From the NCBI RefSeq assembly GCF_030684315.1, contig NC_081396.1, positions 5,766,001 through 5,830,000 on the forward strand: 64,000 bases of DNA, given 5' to 3'. Numbering within the stretch: position 1 is the first letter of the stretch; each line of letters begins with the position of its first letter. The stretch comes from Stegostoma tigrinum. Its lineage: Eukaryota. The position numbers were made by a program, and so were the translations under genes. The notes beneath the pieces are model-generated. The model saw only the letters and a program-made list of their open reading frames with translations. It was not told where the DNA came from and made no database searches. Positions 49,151-63,515 of the stretch are shown here, one piece after another.

Positions 49151-50429
49151 ACTGTCTGAGTGGCAGATAGAGCGGTTTCACTGGCGCAGTGTCTTGTGGG
49201 TGCTACAGCCATATTGTGCAATGGGTACCGAAAACCACAACTGTACGAAACAAGGATGAAGATTGGAAATGCGGTGCACAGTCACCTGGTGCGATTAAAG
49301 GACGTGAGTAGTCACTGGATTTGAATGTGAGGGACCCCACTCCTGAGAAAAGAATTTGTTAAGTCCAGTCGTAAAGAATTCTTTTATTCATTCACAGGAT
49401 GGGGGCATTTCTGGCTAGACAGCATTTATTGCTCATCCCTAATTGCCCACAGGGCAGTTGAATCAACGACATTGCTGAGAGTCAGGAGTCACGTGGAGGT
49501 CAGACCAGGTAAGGAGGGCAGTGTCCTTCCACAAAAGGACATTTGTGAACTAGAGATAGTAGGAACTGCAGATGCTGAAGAACCTGAGATAACAAGGTGT
49601 AAAATGATTTCTGAAGAAGGGTCTAAGCCTGAAACGTCAGCTTTCCCGCTCCTCTGATGCTGCTTGGCCTGCTGTGTTCATCCAGCTCCACACCTTGTTA
49701 TCTCACATTTGTGAACTAGATGGGTTTTTTCAACAATCAACAATGTATTCGCAATCATCATTAGACTCTTGATTCCAGATATTTCTTGAATTCAAATTCC
49801 ATCATCTGCCGTGGCAGGTTTTGAAACCAGATTAACAATCCAGCAATAGTACTATTCGGTCATCACCTCCCAGGCACAAAGAATGAGCTGGCTGACTCAC
49901 TGGGGACAGCAATGTGGGACTGTGAAACTGAACAGTCAGTGCCTCCCGAGGAGGAGAACTGAAGGGAAAAGTGGAAGATCATGAGAATGCTACTTGTTAG
50001 TTGAAAACGTTACCAAAGGTGCACAGATTGTGATGGAGATGGTGGCAGCTGTGCTTGTCTATCCAACCTCGGTTGTTATGGACTCGGCTCCAACCACCAT
50101 GGTGGCTAATGAAGCCTTGGAGGTCACAACCACACCCGAGGTCCCAAACTCCACTTTATGAATGGCCATTCTAAAACTAAAGTAGTAACCTTTGCATTTA
50201 GCTTCACAGCAGATATAAACCATTCAGCCCTTCAAGCTGGTTCCACCATTCAATATGATTACAGCTGATCATCCAACTCGGTACCCCATTCCTACTTTCT
50301 CCCTATAACTTAGGGGTTTCTGCAGTCCAAAGTTCTGTAACTAACTCCTCCTTGAAAATATTCAACGCTTTGGCCTCAACCACTTTCTGTGACAGAAACT
50401 CCATCGGCTTACTAATCTCTGCATTACGT

Positions 50430-51310
50430 AATAGAGGAAGTATGGTTAGTACGTTTGTCGATGACACCAAAATTACTGGTGGACAGCGAAGAGGGTTACT
50501 TCGGCGTAAAAGCATGGAATTTGATTTAGATAAATATGAAGTGCTGCAATTTGGAAAGGCAAATCAGGGCAGGACTTAGACACACGGTAAGGTCCTGGGG
50601 AGTGTGGCCAAATGAAGAGACCTTGAGGTGCAGGTTCACAGTTCCTTGAAAGTGGAGCTGCAGGTAGACAGGGTAGTGGAGAAGGCGTTTTCAATTCTTG
50701 CCTTTATTGATCAGTGCACTGAGTATAAGAGTTGGAAGGTTATGTCGCATCTGTGTAGGACATTGGTTATGCTACTTTTGGAATACTGAGTGCAATTCTA
50801 GTTTCCTGATACAGGAAAGATGTTGTAAAACTTGAAGGGGTTCAGAAAACATTTACAAGGATGTTGCCAGGGTTAGTGGGTTTGTGCTTTTGGGAGAGGC
50901 AGAGTAGGCTGAGGCTAGTTTTCATCAGAGGCTGAGGGGTGACTCTATAGAGGTTTATAAAATCTTGACAGGCATGGATAGGGTGAATAGCCAAGGTCTT
51001 TTCTGCAGAATAGGGGAGTCTAAAACTAGAGGACAAGAGCTTAAGGTCAGAGGGACAAGATTTAAAAGGAACTAAAGCAGCACCAGTTTTATGCAGCGGG
51101 TGGTGCGTGTTTGTAATGAACTACCACGGGTGGTGGTGAAGACTGGTACAATTAAAACATTTAGAAAGCATCTGTAGGTACACGTACAGGAAGGGTTTAG
51201 AGGGATATGGGTCAAATGCTTGCAAATGGGACAAAATTAACTTAGGATATCTGCTTGGCATGGAAGACTTGGACCGAAGGGTCTATTTCCACACCGCAAA
51301 GCTCTAGGAT
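50430..51310 (+). mobile_element. CR1 3' fragment
   Basis: VSTFVDDTKI; degenerate CR1 C-terminus and 3' UTR. Confidence 0.8.
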
Positions 51311-54199
51311 TCTAAATTTTCCCTCATTGCTATCCTAAATGGCCGACACCCTCTATTCTTGTACATTTACCATGGCCTGGATTCCCAGTCATTGGGAACT
51401 TTCATCCTACTTTTACTGCTCAACAACACCACCAAACATCATGTCACAATCTGACAGAGGTCACTTGACCCACTGGATCAGACTGTCATCTGTCTTTTAC
51501 CTGGAAGAAGAAATGACCGTAAGGAACTACTTTACAGCGTAGCATGGATGAAATAGCTGGAAAGACACACACACACACCACTGAGAAAATATATTCTAGT
51601 GCACTTACTGCACAAAAGGAATGTAACAAATTACACATTATTACCCACAAACGCAGAAATTGCTAGAAAAGCTCAGCAGGTCTGGCAACATCTCTGGAGA
51701 GAAATCAGAGTTAATATTGAGTCCAGTGACCGTTCTTCAGCAGTGGATTAATGTTAACTCTGATTTTACAGATGCTGGTAGACCTACTGAGCTTTTCCAG
51801 CAATTTCTGCATTTGTTTCTGATTTCCAGCGCCTACAGTCCTTTTCACTTTTACACTGCATTATGAACCTGGTAAATATCAATAACATCTTTTAATATAG
51901 ACAAACTTGAAATCCAGGCTATTTGCTATTAAATATGATAAAGCAATTATAAGATTCCATGGCATTAAACAGATGTATTTTTTACTATCCAAAAACCAAT
52001 CAGACAAACGCTAAATATCCTTAAAACATAACACGAATTAACATCTGGAAAACACATATTGACAGGCAAATTGTCGTGAGTTACAATCTAACTTACACGT
52101 CAAATGGCAGATACAATGGAGTCAATCTTATGAATTGGCACAAAACTCTATTCAGATTTTAGTGATCATTCTCAGGCACAAAGTCATATAAACGCTCTCC
52201 TCTTCAGCATTTAGAGGGATGTGGGCCAAATGCTAGAAATGGAACTAGATTAATTTAAGGTATCTGGTCAGCATGGACGCGTTGGACTGAAGGGTCTGTT
52301 TTCATGTCATACATCTCTATGGCTCAGGGGATATTTAAGCCCTTCTCTTTCTCTCAGCTGGTTTCATCTCCAGCCAAATTCCACGGGTGACACCACAATG
52401 GCATACCTCTGCTCATCCCAGGCTGGATGGCATAGGGTCAATCAATGTTATTTTTGAATAACAGCAACAGTTTCATCTCTTGACTTGAATTCCAGTTTCT
52501 GGGCCTGGCCTTTTCTTCTTAAGGCTTCCTCAGCTTGCCTGTTCTATTTCAGTGGATTCAACCACTACTTTTCCTTTCTTACTGACAAGATGTGGGCTTC
52601 GCTGGCTAGATCAGCACATTTTTAAATGTGATTTACGATGGTTACGTACCTACGTATGATGAAAAGTTTTGTTTCGCATGCAGTACAGGCAGATCACACC
52701 ATACAAAGTGCAGTAGGGGGACAGGACAGAGTGGGGAGCACAATGTTACGGCTGCAGAGAAGGTTCACAAAGAGCAAAGTCAACATTAAATTGAAAATTT
52801 GGGAGGTCCATTTATTGCTCAACATTAAATGATAGTGACCTACCTTTGTGAAATGTCGTAGTCAGTTCTGGGGTGTTAATGCACAATGCAGTTCAGGGGG
52901 AGGTAATTCCAGGATTTTGACCCAGTGAAACTGGAAGCTGGTGAGTGGATTGGAGAGGAACTTGCAGGCAGTATATCGGGTGACCCTATCCTTGTGGATA
53001 GTTGTCACTGTGGGTTTGGAGGGTGCTGTCTAAGGAGCCTTGGGGAATTTCTGCACTGTATCTTGCACACACTGTTGCTGCTGCGTGCCAATGGAGTGTA
53101 TGGATGTGGGTGTGGTGCCAATCAAGCAAGATGCTTCACCCTGGATGGGGCAAGCTTCTTCGGCATTGATGGAGCTGCATTCACGCAGGTAAGAAGAGTA
53201 CTCTATTGCACTCCTGAATTATGCCTTGTAGATAGTGGACAAAGTCTGGGGAGTCAGGAGGCAAGTTACTCACTGCAGGATTCCCAGCCTCTGACCAGAC
53301 CCTGCAACACCACATTTCCACGGCAAGTCCAATTTTAACATCTGGTCAGTGGTAATCCTGGAGATTTCAACAGTGGGGAAAATTCAGGAATTGTATGACC
53401 ATTGAATGACAAGACATGACGTGGTTAGACTGTCTCTTGTTGGAGATGATCATTGCCTGGCATTTTTGTGGCACAAATATTACTTATCACTTATCAGCCC
53501 AAGCAGAGTTACTGTTTGCAGTTGAACTTGGATTGCTTTTAGAGCCCTTAAAAGAAAAAAATTGGGCATAATGTATACGTAACACATTATTGATCAATTT
53601 AAATTTTCTCCAGAAAACTGACACTCGTGCTGGGCTGGAGTTCCTTTCAAACATCTGAAATAAACCCCAATGAAAATAATTCGCAGCACCAGCGACCCAG
53701 GTTCAATGCCATCCCTAGGCAACTGTCTGTGTGGAGTTTGCACATTCTCCCTGTGTCTGTGTGTGTTTCCTCTGGGTGCTCCAGTTTCCTCCCACTCCAC
53801 AGATGTGCAGGTTAGGCAGAGTGGCCACACTAAATTGCCCACAGCATCCAGGGATGTGCAGGCTAGGTAGGTTATCCATGGGAAATGCAGGGATAAGGTA
53901 GGGAGATGGGTCGGTGTGGACTCAATGGGCCAAATAGCCTGCTTCCACACTGTAGGGATTCTAAGATGATTCAGTCCTGAATGTGACTAAAAGCAAAATG
54001 CAATTACTGCTTTGTTTTCGTATTGTGCACTTGCTGTCTCAGAAGGTACAATGACTGAGCATCTAACAGACTGAGAAAACGAACAGTCTCCCATCAGTAT
54101 GAACTCACTGGTTCATCAGCATGTTGCCCTATTAAGTCAGTTCCTTCCCACATTCAGAGCAGGAGCATGGTCTCTTCCCAAGTTGAACTCACTGTTGTG

Positions 54200-54961
54200 T
54201 CAGGAGGTGGGTGACTGAGCGATGTCCCCCCCCACAAACAGAGCAGCCGAACGCATCCTGCCCATGTGAGCTCGCTGGTGACTCAGAACGTCGGATGAAC
54301 GGCGAAACCGCTTCCCACACTTGGAGCAGCTGAAGGGCCTCTCTCCGGTGTGGCGTCGCTGGTGTGCCAGCAGGTTGGACGTGTGAGTGAATCCCTTCCC
54401 ACAGTCTGAGCAGATGAAGGGCTTCTCCCCAGTGTGACTACGTTGGTGTGTCAGCAGGTCCCTTGTGCTTTTAAAGCTGGAGTCACAGTCAGAACATTGA
54501 AAGGGTCTCTTATCGGTGTGAATAAGCTGATGTGATGTCAGATTAGTTAAACAAGTGAATCCCTTCCCACACACAGGACAGGTGAACGGCCTGTCCCCTG
54601 TATGAATACGGAGATGCTCAGTGAGGTTGGATGATCGTCCGAATCTCTTCCCACAGTGAGAGCAAATGAACGGCCTCTCTCCGGTGTGAACCCGCTGGTG
54701 CTCAGTGAGGGTGGATGACTTGGCGAATCCCTTGCCACACACAGAGCAGGTGAACGGTTTATCCCCAGTATGAACTCGCTGATGTGACAGCAGAGTGGAT
54801 AGCTGAGTGAACCCCTTCCCACAGTCAGAGCAGGTGAATGGTCTCTCTCCAGTGTGACTACGTCGGTGGGCTTCCAGCTTGGATGGGTAACTGAATCCCT
54901 TCCCACAGTCCCCACATTTCCATGGTTTCTCTATAGCGCTTACGTCCTTTTGTCGGTCCAT
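54200..54961 (-). CDS. C2H2 zinc-finger protein (8 intact fingers, 253 aa ORF; decayed fingers continue to ~54020)
   Basis: Tandem CxxCGKGF...H...H with TGE(R/K)PF linkers. Confidence 0.9.
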   Translation of the reverse strand: MDRQKDVSAIEKPWKCGDCGKGFSYPSKLEAHRRSHTGERPFTCSDCGKGFTQLSTLLSHQRVHTGDKPFTCSVCGKGFAKSSTLTEHQRVHTGERPFICSHCGKRFGRSSNLTEHLRIHTGDRPFTCPVCGKGFTCLTNLTSHQLIHTDKRPFQCSDCDSSFKSTRDLLTHQRSHTGEKPFICSDCGKGFTHTSNLLAHQRRHTGERPFSCSKCGKRFRRSSDVLSHQRAHMGRMRSAALFVGGDIAQSPTS

Positions 54962-55699
54962 GTTAGATAATCGAACTGAAGACTTATCTACACTGCAGTT
55001 TTACCACAGTGTAAATGCTGTGATGATTTTCTTAGGCCACGCAACATTAAAGTTCTGCTCACAGTCAGTGCACCAGAACACCCTCCTTTGGGTGTGAGTG
55101 TCGTGGTGATTTCCCAGCTATGCTATTGTCTAAGATCTTTTCTCTAAGAGGGTCCAGGTAATTATTTCCGCTTCCACAAAGTTCAAGATTATTCAGATGA
55201 ATCAAGAGACTCTGTCAGATGATGGTGACGAGAATTTCAATTTGAATTTTCTGTGTATAAATTATTTATTTTCAATACCCAATAGGAAGGATTTCCAAAA
55301 ATCGTCGTCCAGGATAATAATGCTTAAATATTTCAGTCTAGAGGCAGTATTTTTCCTCACTTGTTCGCAAACAGCTGCAAATTGGTCCAAAAACACTCCT
55401 CCTTGAACATTTGCTCACGTTTGTCTTTGCTGCATGTAAATCCACGCAAGTGAACCAGCCCTTTGCCCCCTATAAAGATGGCTACCTCACGGACGTGTGC
55501 TTGAACGGCGCCCCGAATAAAGATGACGGCGCTCAATCCAGGCCTAGCCCCGCTGAAAACTCGCAGCCGATTCACCGCACGGGGACCGAATACGGGACAG
55601 TGAGCTTCTAATTCGCATCTAGAGACCTGCATCAAACGTTTACGAAACCTGCCAGACTGCGCTCCAGCTCCACTCTCTCCTGAACTCGCCGTTATCTCG

Positions 55700-55920
55700 C
55701 CTTCCACCGTCTCCTTTCTCCTTCAGCAGCCGCTCTTCGGATCGCTGGGCGGGCACGATAAATCTGCGCATGCGTGGAAAGAAGTCGCGGCCACAGAGGC
55801 CGAACGCTCCGTTCGATTGGTTGGAGCACCCGGGGAACTTCAACCGGCGCTCCCTCTTCCTATTGGTCAGCGTCTGCTGTCAATCACCCGAGCCCCTTCG
55901 TGATCTGGAGTATGCGCAGA
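55700..55920. promoter_or_regulatory. CpG-rich promoter, probably of the 54200-54961 ZNF gene
   Basis: High CpG density, TGCGCATGCG (NRF1-like), two ATTGG boxes; candidate first-exon donor GGCAG/GTTTCG on the - strand near 55647. Confidence 0.55.
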
Positions 55921-56999
55921 CAGGGCCAGAGTTTGTCCATTTCTAGTCATAGTAAGAATGGCAGATGCTGGAGTCAGAGATAACACAGTGTGGAGCTGGA
56001 GGAACACAGCAGGCCAGGCAGCACCGGGGCAGCAGGAAGAATTTTCTGAAGAAGGGTCCCGACCTGAAACATCAACTTTCCTGCTGCCTGGCCTGCTGTG
56101 TTCCTCCAACTCCACACTGTGTTTTGTTGTCCATTTCTAGTTGTCCTTGAGAAGGGGATGGTGAGCTGCTGCTCTATGTCCACGAGTTTGACCTAGCAAC
56201 ACTGGAGGAACTTTTAAACTTATTTCTTCATTCTTCTACTATTTACCTAATATTATGTACTTAAAGATGACACAGTAAATGGTGACATTGTAAATTCTTC
56301 ACTGTACTCCTTGAGAGCACGCAACAATAAAACCTATTTCAGGTATGTTCCCAAGTCTATAACATGAGCAGCTTGCTGGTTTCTGCTTCCTCATGTTTCT
56401 TTCTGCTTTGTCCTGGATGGTGCCAAGCTTCTTGAACGTTGTCGGAGCTGGACTCATCCAGGCAAGTGAAGCATATTCCGTGATACTCCTGACTTACATA
56501 GAAACATAGGAAATAGGAACAGGAGCAGGCTGTTCAACGCTTTGCCACTGAGCACGAATATGGCTGATTATCCAAGGCTACTCCTGTTCAAACTTCTGCA
56601 AACTGGAACTTCCTCCCTAATGGCATTGTGGGTCTACTTATAAAAATTAAATTTCAGTGTTTCAAGAAGTCAGCTCAGCACCAATCATCACCTCGAGGGC
56701 AACTAGAGAAAGGCAATAAATTTTGGCCTAGCTTGCATGATTTAAAGATGTAAGTCACCAGGATGTTGATAATTGAGGAATTCAGCGATGGTAATGCCAT
56801 TGAATTTCAAGCAGAGTTGGTTCTTGTTTCTGATGAGCACTACCTATCATTTGAGTGGAATAAATAGATTTCCAAACAAATAGAGATGACTTGAAGTCTC
56901 AAATGACATTTAACCCTAAAGAGAAATAGAAAATGACAAAATGTCCCCTTGAAACCAAAATGATCTGTTCTTGCTTTCTACACTGTTCTAACAAGGATG

Positions 57000-57540
57000 C
57001 TATTTGCACAGAAACAGACCTTGCAATCTAACCAATCTACATTGACCATAATCGCAAACTAAATTAGTCCCACCTGCATGCGCTTGACCTACATCCAAAC
57101 ATTTCCCATTCATGTACTTATCCAAATGTTTTTTTTCAACATTGCAACTGCACCCACATCCACCACTTCCTCTGGAAGTTCATTCCACACACGAACCGCT
57201 CTCTGTGTCAAAGAATTGTCCCTCATGTCTTTTTTAAACCCCTCTCCTCTCACTTTAAAAACGTGCCCCCTAGTTATGAAATCCCCCACCCTCGGGAAAA
57301 AGCGCCTGCCAATCACCCTATCTATACCCCTCATGATTTCATAAAGCTCTGTAAGGCACCGCTCAACCTTCTGCGCTCCAATGAAAATATTCCCAGCTTC
57401 CCCACCATCTCCTTACAACTCAAATTCTCCATTCCTGGCATCACCCTGGTAAACGTTTTCTGAACCCTCTCCAGCTTAATAATATCCTTCCTATAAAGGG
57501 TGACTAGAACTGGACACAGGGCATCAGAAGAAGCCTCACC
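57000..57540 (-). mobile_element. CR1 3' fragment
   Basis: MRGIDRV...RGHVFKVRGE...RAVRVWNELP. Confidence 0.85.
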
Positions 57541-59079
57541 AACATTTACAATGTGTTTTGTTCACAATGACCCGTTCTGATCTATAAATCCAATAAGCGA
57601 ACAAATGATAGAAGATTACATTGTGAATTCTATTTCACTGTCTCACAACATTTAAAATACAATGAGAACGTTATTCATGGCTATCATTAACGTGAAAGCT
57701 GCTTTTGACAAAGTATGGCATTAAGTAACTTTGGCAAAACTGAAATCATTGGAATTCAGGAGACGATTTTCCCATTGGCCCAGGTCATACGTGAAGCTCT
57801 GCAGACCTGCCACAGACAGACAGTCACAGATAGTGGCAGACAATTAAGAAACTCACTGGAGAAAGAGGATCAACCGAAATGCCCGTTCTTAAAAGATTCC
57901 CAGCTTATCAGTACAAAAGATAAAAGGTTAAAAATTCCAGAAATCTTCAACTAGAAGTGCTAAGCAGATGATCTATTTCTGCCGAGAGGTCTCCAGCATC
58001 ACAGATGCACATCTTCAACCAATTTGATTCATTCTGCAATATCTTAAGCATAAGCTGGAGGCACCGGATATGGGCACTAATGACATTCTAGCAACATTTC
58101 TGAAGACATATTCTCCAGAATATTCTTCAGTGTTAACCCAGCTGTTCCTTTACAACTGCAACCCTGGCATCTCCCCAACAATGTGAAAAATTGCCTAAGT
58201 TTGTGAACAATAAAAAGGACAAAGCCAACCCAGCGAATTACTACCTCTTCAGTCTACACTTGATCAGTAAAGTGATGACACTGGTTATCAACAGTGTTAT
58301 AAGCATCATTGTTGACAATAACCTTCTTACTGACGGTCAGTTTGGGTTCCATCAGTATCCATAAAGCTCCCGACTTCATTAAAACTTTAATTCAAACAGA
58401 GACAAAAAAAAAGTAGAATCCTAGACGGGAGGTGAGGGGGCAAAAAGCCTTTGGCAATGGATTATTATTTGACTGAGTGCAGCAGCAAAGGGCCCTAACA
58501 AAACTGGAATCAATCAGAATTGGAGGGAAACTCCAATTGCTGGAGTTACACCTGTTATGAATCAGATGGTTGCAGTTGTTACAAGACAGTCATCTAAGTC
58601 ACAAGTTAGCTCTGCAAGTATCCAAGGTGGCGTCTGTACAACATTCTGTACAACTTCCACATGATGTCCAAACGATGACACTCAAAGGGCTGAGCAATGA
58701 AGGCAAGTATACAAAACGCCTTCTTAACTACCATCGACATGTGACACAAACTTCAAAGCATTACGTACCAGAACCCTCTGCCTCCCTGTTCTACACCACT
58801 ACCCAGGGCCCGTCTTTTAATTGAATAAGTTCTGCCGTTGTTTGTTTTGTCAAAATGCGAACCACACATTTATCCAAATTAACCTCCATCTGCCACTCCT
58901 TAGCCCATTGACCCAAATGATCAAGATCGCTTTGTACTCTTAGATATACTTCTTCACTGTCGACTACACTACCAATTTTGATGTCATCCAAACACTTATT
59001 AACCATGCTTTTCCTGTTTTTAATGGCATGTATATGGGAAACAGATGTCAATAAAATAGAGAATTCTTCGAAACATGCT

Positions 59080-62000
59080 TCAGATTCTTCTTTAGATCTG
59101 TGGATCTAAACGTTTGTGGCCAACGGGGCCCTGAGCTATGTTCGACTCATCTCCCACACTTCTGCTGTCACCCCATCCTTTCCCTCTCACAACAACAATA
59201 GCGTCCTTCTGTTTCTCACTTACCATCCCACCAGCTTGTGTCCAATAGATTGGAAGCCGCTATTTCCAACAGTCCAACGAGATGCCATGACAATTTCCCT
59301 CCCCTCCCTTGCAAGCATTTCTCAGGGACCATTCCCTCTGGGACACTCTGGTCCACTCCTCTTCCATTCCCAACATCTCCTCACACTCCCACGGCACATT
59401 CCACGCGATTGCAGTGGTTTAAACCTTCCCATTTACCTCCTCCCTCTGAAGGCCCAGACATACCTTCCAGGTGATACAGCCATTCACCTCTACTTCATTA
59501 AATCTAGTCTACTGCATTTCTTGTTCACAATGTGGTCTCCTCTATATTGGGGATGCAAAGTGCAGACTGGGTGACCGCTTTGCAGAACACATTCTGTCGG
59601 CAAAATTGACCAAATTTCCAGTTGCCTCCCACTTCAGCACACCACCATGGTCCCACGCCAATAACTCTGTTGCGGGACTGCTTCAGCATAACCTCAAAGA
59701 ACAACTTCTCAATTTCTGCTTAAGGTCTCGGACTCAATATCGAGTTCAATAGCTTCAGAAACGTTCCATAGACAGCTGCTCTCGCCGCATCTGGAGATCC
59801 ACACTCAGTGCCATGCAGCGTCATATGCAAACACTTGACCTCTCTCTCCAATACCATCACATCACGCTGACCCAGGGTTGCACCACTCCGCAGTTCCAGC
59901 TCATTCGATGCGCTAACAAGAAATCAAGCTAACAAGATGCTTTCAGGCATCAAGTTACACAAGATGCAACAATTCAGAGATACCCATGGCCCCCTGGAAC
60001 CTTCCTCCCCTCCCCTTCACTCTAATCCCTCCCCCAACCCCACTTCCTCTCAGGTATTCACCATCCCTCCTAACCTTCCACTCTGATGCTGAAAGCTCTG
60101 TACTCAGCAAAAGTCTCAGCTTTATCCCTCTGCATCCCCACCTTAATGAAGATATGGTGTCAAACTCATCTTCTGCCATCTTTTCCTCCATGCCCATTAA
60201 TTTGGACAAGAGTCCTTTCTTCATTCCGCAGACCAGCTCCAACAGTCTCCCTCCACCTGGACCCCTCCCGCTGGCCTTTTTCCTGCACTCGATCTGTTCA
60301 TTGAAAATGACAGACATGACATTGGTCACCTTGATTTCTTATCCCCCGCTTCACCCAATCCAACCTATCTCCTTAAGCTCCAAGCCTGGCTTTGTTAACA
60401 AGCCTGCTGACAGGGGGGTGCTGTCGTAGTCTGGCATACCCACCTCTACATTGCTGAGGTTGAGCGCCAGCTCTCAGATACCTCTCCCGATCTTCACTTG
60501 GACCGTGAGTTCACCACAGAACATTGTAACAACTGCAGTCACTGACCTCATTTCATTTGGTGATCACCCTGCCCCCGTCACCACTGCCTCCAAGCTGATA
60601 GTCCCTCAGCCGTGCAGAGCTACCTCCTTCCAAAAATTCAAAAACAGGGGCTGCCTGGGTAGACTCATTGTTTCAGCCTGCACCATAAAACTCATCTCTT
60701 CCTACCTTGTCTGGATCTTTTCTCCCCGAATCCAGTCCCTGCCCATGCACGTCTACAATTCCTCTGATGCTTTACCCTAATTTCCAGTATGCAGGCTCCA
60801 TTCATTAACTCTGGATGTGCAATCCCTTTAGACCAGGATGGTCTTAGGACTCTCCACTTCTTCTTGGAACAAAGGCCTGAACTGTCCCCACTCACCATGA
60901 CCCTCCTCCACTTAGCCAAACTCTTCCTCACCCTCCATAACTTATATTTTAACTCCTCTCACTTTCTTCACTTAAGAAGAGTGGCCACAGATATCTGCAC
61001 AGGCCCCCAGCTGTGCCTGTCTCTTCATGAGGTACATGGAAAATTCCTCTTGTCCCAGTCCTATTCTGGTCGCAACCCACAACTCCTTCCCCAATATATC
61101 GATGATATCATCAGTGCTGCTTCCCTCTCTCATCCGGCATTGGAAAAGTTCAGCGATTTTGCTTCCAAATTTCCACCTCACCCTCACTTTCATCTGGTCT
61201 ATCTCCAACTCCTTCCTCGACATCTCTGTTTCCATTTCTGGGAACAGACTGACCACTAATATCCACTATAAACCCACCGACTCCCACAGCTACCTGGGCT
61301 ATACATCCTTCCTGTAAAGACTCCATTGCATTCTCTAGTTCTTCTGTCTCTGTTGCACGTGTTCCAATGAGAACAACTTCGACAACGGAGTCTCCAAAAC
61401 GTCCAATTTCCACCTCAGCCAATGATTCCCTAGTACGGTTGTCAATAGAGCCCTCAACTGGGTGCAAACCATCTCCCACACGTCCCCTCAACCCCACTCT
61501 TCCCTCCCGCAACAGCATTAGCGTTCCCCTTGTACTTACCTACTATCCTACCAGCACTCACATCCAGAAGATCATCAGCCACCATTTCTGCTACCTCCTG
61601 CGAGATGCCACCACCATACACATATTCCCCTCTCTTCCCTTGTTCGCCTTCCGCAGGGACCGTTCTCTCCAGGACACCCTGTTCCTCTCTTCCTTCACTC
61701 CCACCAGCCTCAAGGCATCTTCTCCTGCAACCACCATCGGTGTAAGACCTGCCCATTCACCTGCTCCCTCCTCAGTATCTATAGACCCAAACGTACCATC
61801 CAGGTAGAGCAGCAGTCACCTGCACTTCCAAGAATCCAGTCTACTGCATTCGCTGCTGACAATGTGGTCTCCTCTATAATGGGGAAACACAGCATAGATG
61901 ATCGCTTTGCAGAACATCTACATTCTGCCCGCAAAAAAAGACCCCGAGCTTCCAGTTGCCTGCCTCTTTAACAAACCACCCTATTCCCTGGCCAACATCT

Positions 62001-62590
62001 CTGTCTCAGGCTTGCTGCAGTGTTCCAACGAAGCTCAATGTATGCTGGAAGAACAACACCTCATTTTCTGCTTGGGGACAATGCAGCCCCCTGGACTCAA
62101 TATTGAGTTCAATAATTTTAGGGCCTGAACTGTCCCATGTCATAGCCCACCACCCCACAGACAAGGCCTTGTTATCAATAGTCTGCCAATATACACTGCC
62201 TATTGTTGGCTACTAAAAGTCTCCATTAACAACTGTTCACCCTTCTAGACAGATGATTATCTACTCCTTTTTCTGTCCACTGCTCTTGTTTTCTTTTCTG
62301 ATGAAGGGTCTAGGCCCGAAACGTCAGGTTTTTTGCTCTTTAGATGCTGTGCTCATCCAGCCCCAAAATTTGTTTTTTCTGTTCTTCTCTTTCTTTGGGT
62401 TCTATCCCCAGCTACTGTTTACTCCTTACTCCTTCCCCCACTATCTTCTGCATATAAACCAATATTTTCCTAGTTAGCATCAGTTCTAACTAACGGTCAA
62501 CAGACCCAAAATGTTAACTCTAGTTTCTCTTCACAGATGCTGCCTGACCCCACTCAACTTTTCCAGCAACTTCTGTTTTTGTGTCAACAA
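59080..62590 (+). mobile_element. Older Penelope-like element(s): EN fragment followed by RT and EN copy
   Basis: CGLLYIGD (59530), NKPADRG, QYIDDII, YKPTDSHSYL; hammerhead-like tails at ~62297 and ~62485. Confidence 0.8.
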
Positions 62591-62759
62591 CGTCAGAGTC
62601 TGAACACCAAAGGTCGATTCTAATGCTGTTGATATTGTGAGATTCCATCCTCTCGTGTTTTTTTACACAGCCCACACCCAGTCCTTCGATGACATCAGTT
62701 GCTTTAACACAGTCAGCCATTCTCAACTACACCCAGGCTCTTTATCACATTAGTCAATA

Positions 62760-63515
62760 AATAGAACAAAGAAAATTACAGCACAAGAACAGGGCCTTCA
62801 GCCCTCCAAGCCTGTGCCAATCCATATCCTCTTTCTAAACATGTTGCCTATTTTCCAAGGATTTGTATCCCTCTGTTTTGTTCCCTGCCTCTTTGTGTAT
62901 CCGTCTAAATATATCTTAAATGACACTATGATGCCTGCCTCTACCACCTCCGCTGGGAACATGTTCCAGGCACCCACCACCCTCCACATAAAGAACTTTC
63001 CACGCATATCTCCCTTCAACTTCTCCCCTCTCACCTCTGAATTGTGACCCCTATTAATTGAGTCCCCCACTCTGGGAAATGAATTCTTGCTATCCACCCT
63101 GCCTGTACATCTCACGATTTTGTAGACCTCAATCAGGTCCCCCCTCAACCTCCGTCTTTCTAATGTAAATAACCCTAATCTACTCAATCTCTCTTCATAG
63201 CTAGTGCCCTCCAAACCAGGCAACATCCCGGTGAACCTCCTCTGCACCGTCTCTGAAGCATCCACATCCTTTTGGAAATGTGGTGACCAGAACTGTATGC
63301 AGTGTTCAAAATATGGTCGAACCAAAGTCTATACAACTGTAACATGACCTGCTAAATCTTGTACTCAACATCCCCGCTGATGAATGAAAGCATGCCATAT
63401 ATCTTCTTGGCCACTCTATCGACCTGCGTTGCCACCTTCAGGGTACAACGGGCCTGAACACCCAGATCTCTCTGTGCATCAATTTTCCCCAGGACTTTTC
63501 CATTTACCGTATACC
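62760..63515 (-). mobile_element. CR1 3' fragment
   Basis: VRPYFEHCIQFWSPH...VQRRFTGMLPGLEG...RGDLIEVYKI. Confidence 0.92.
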
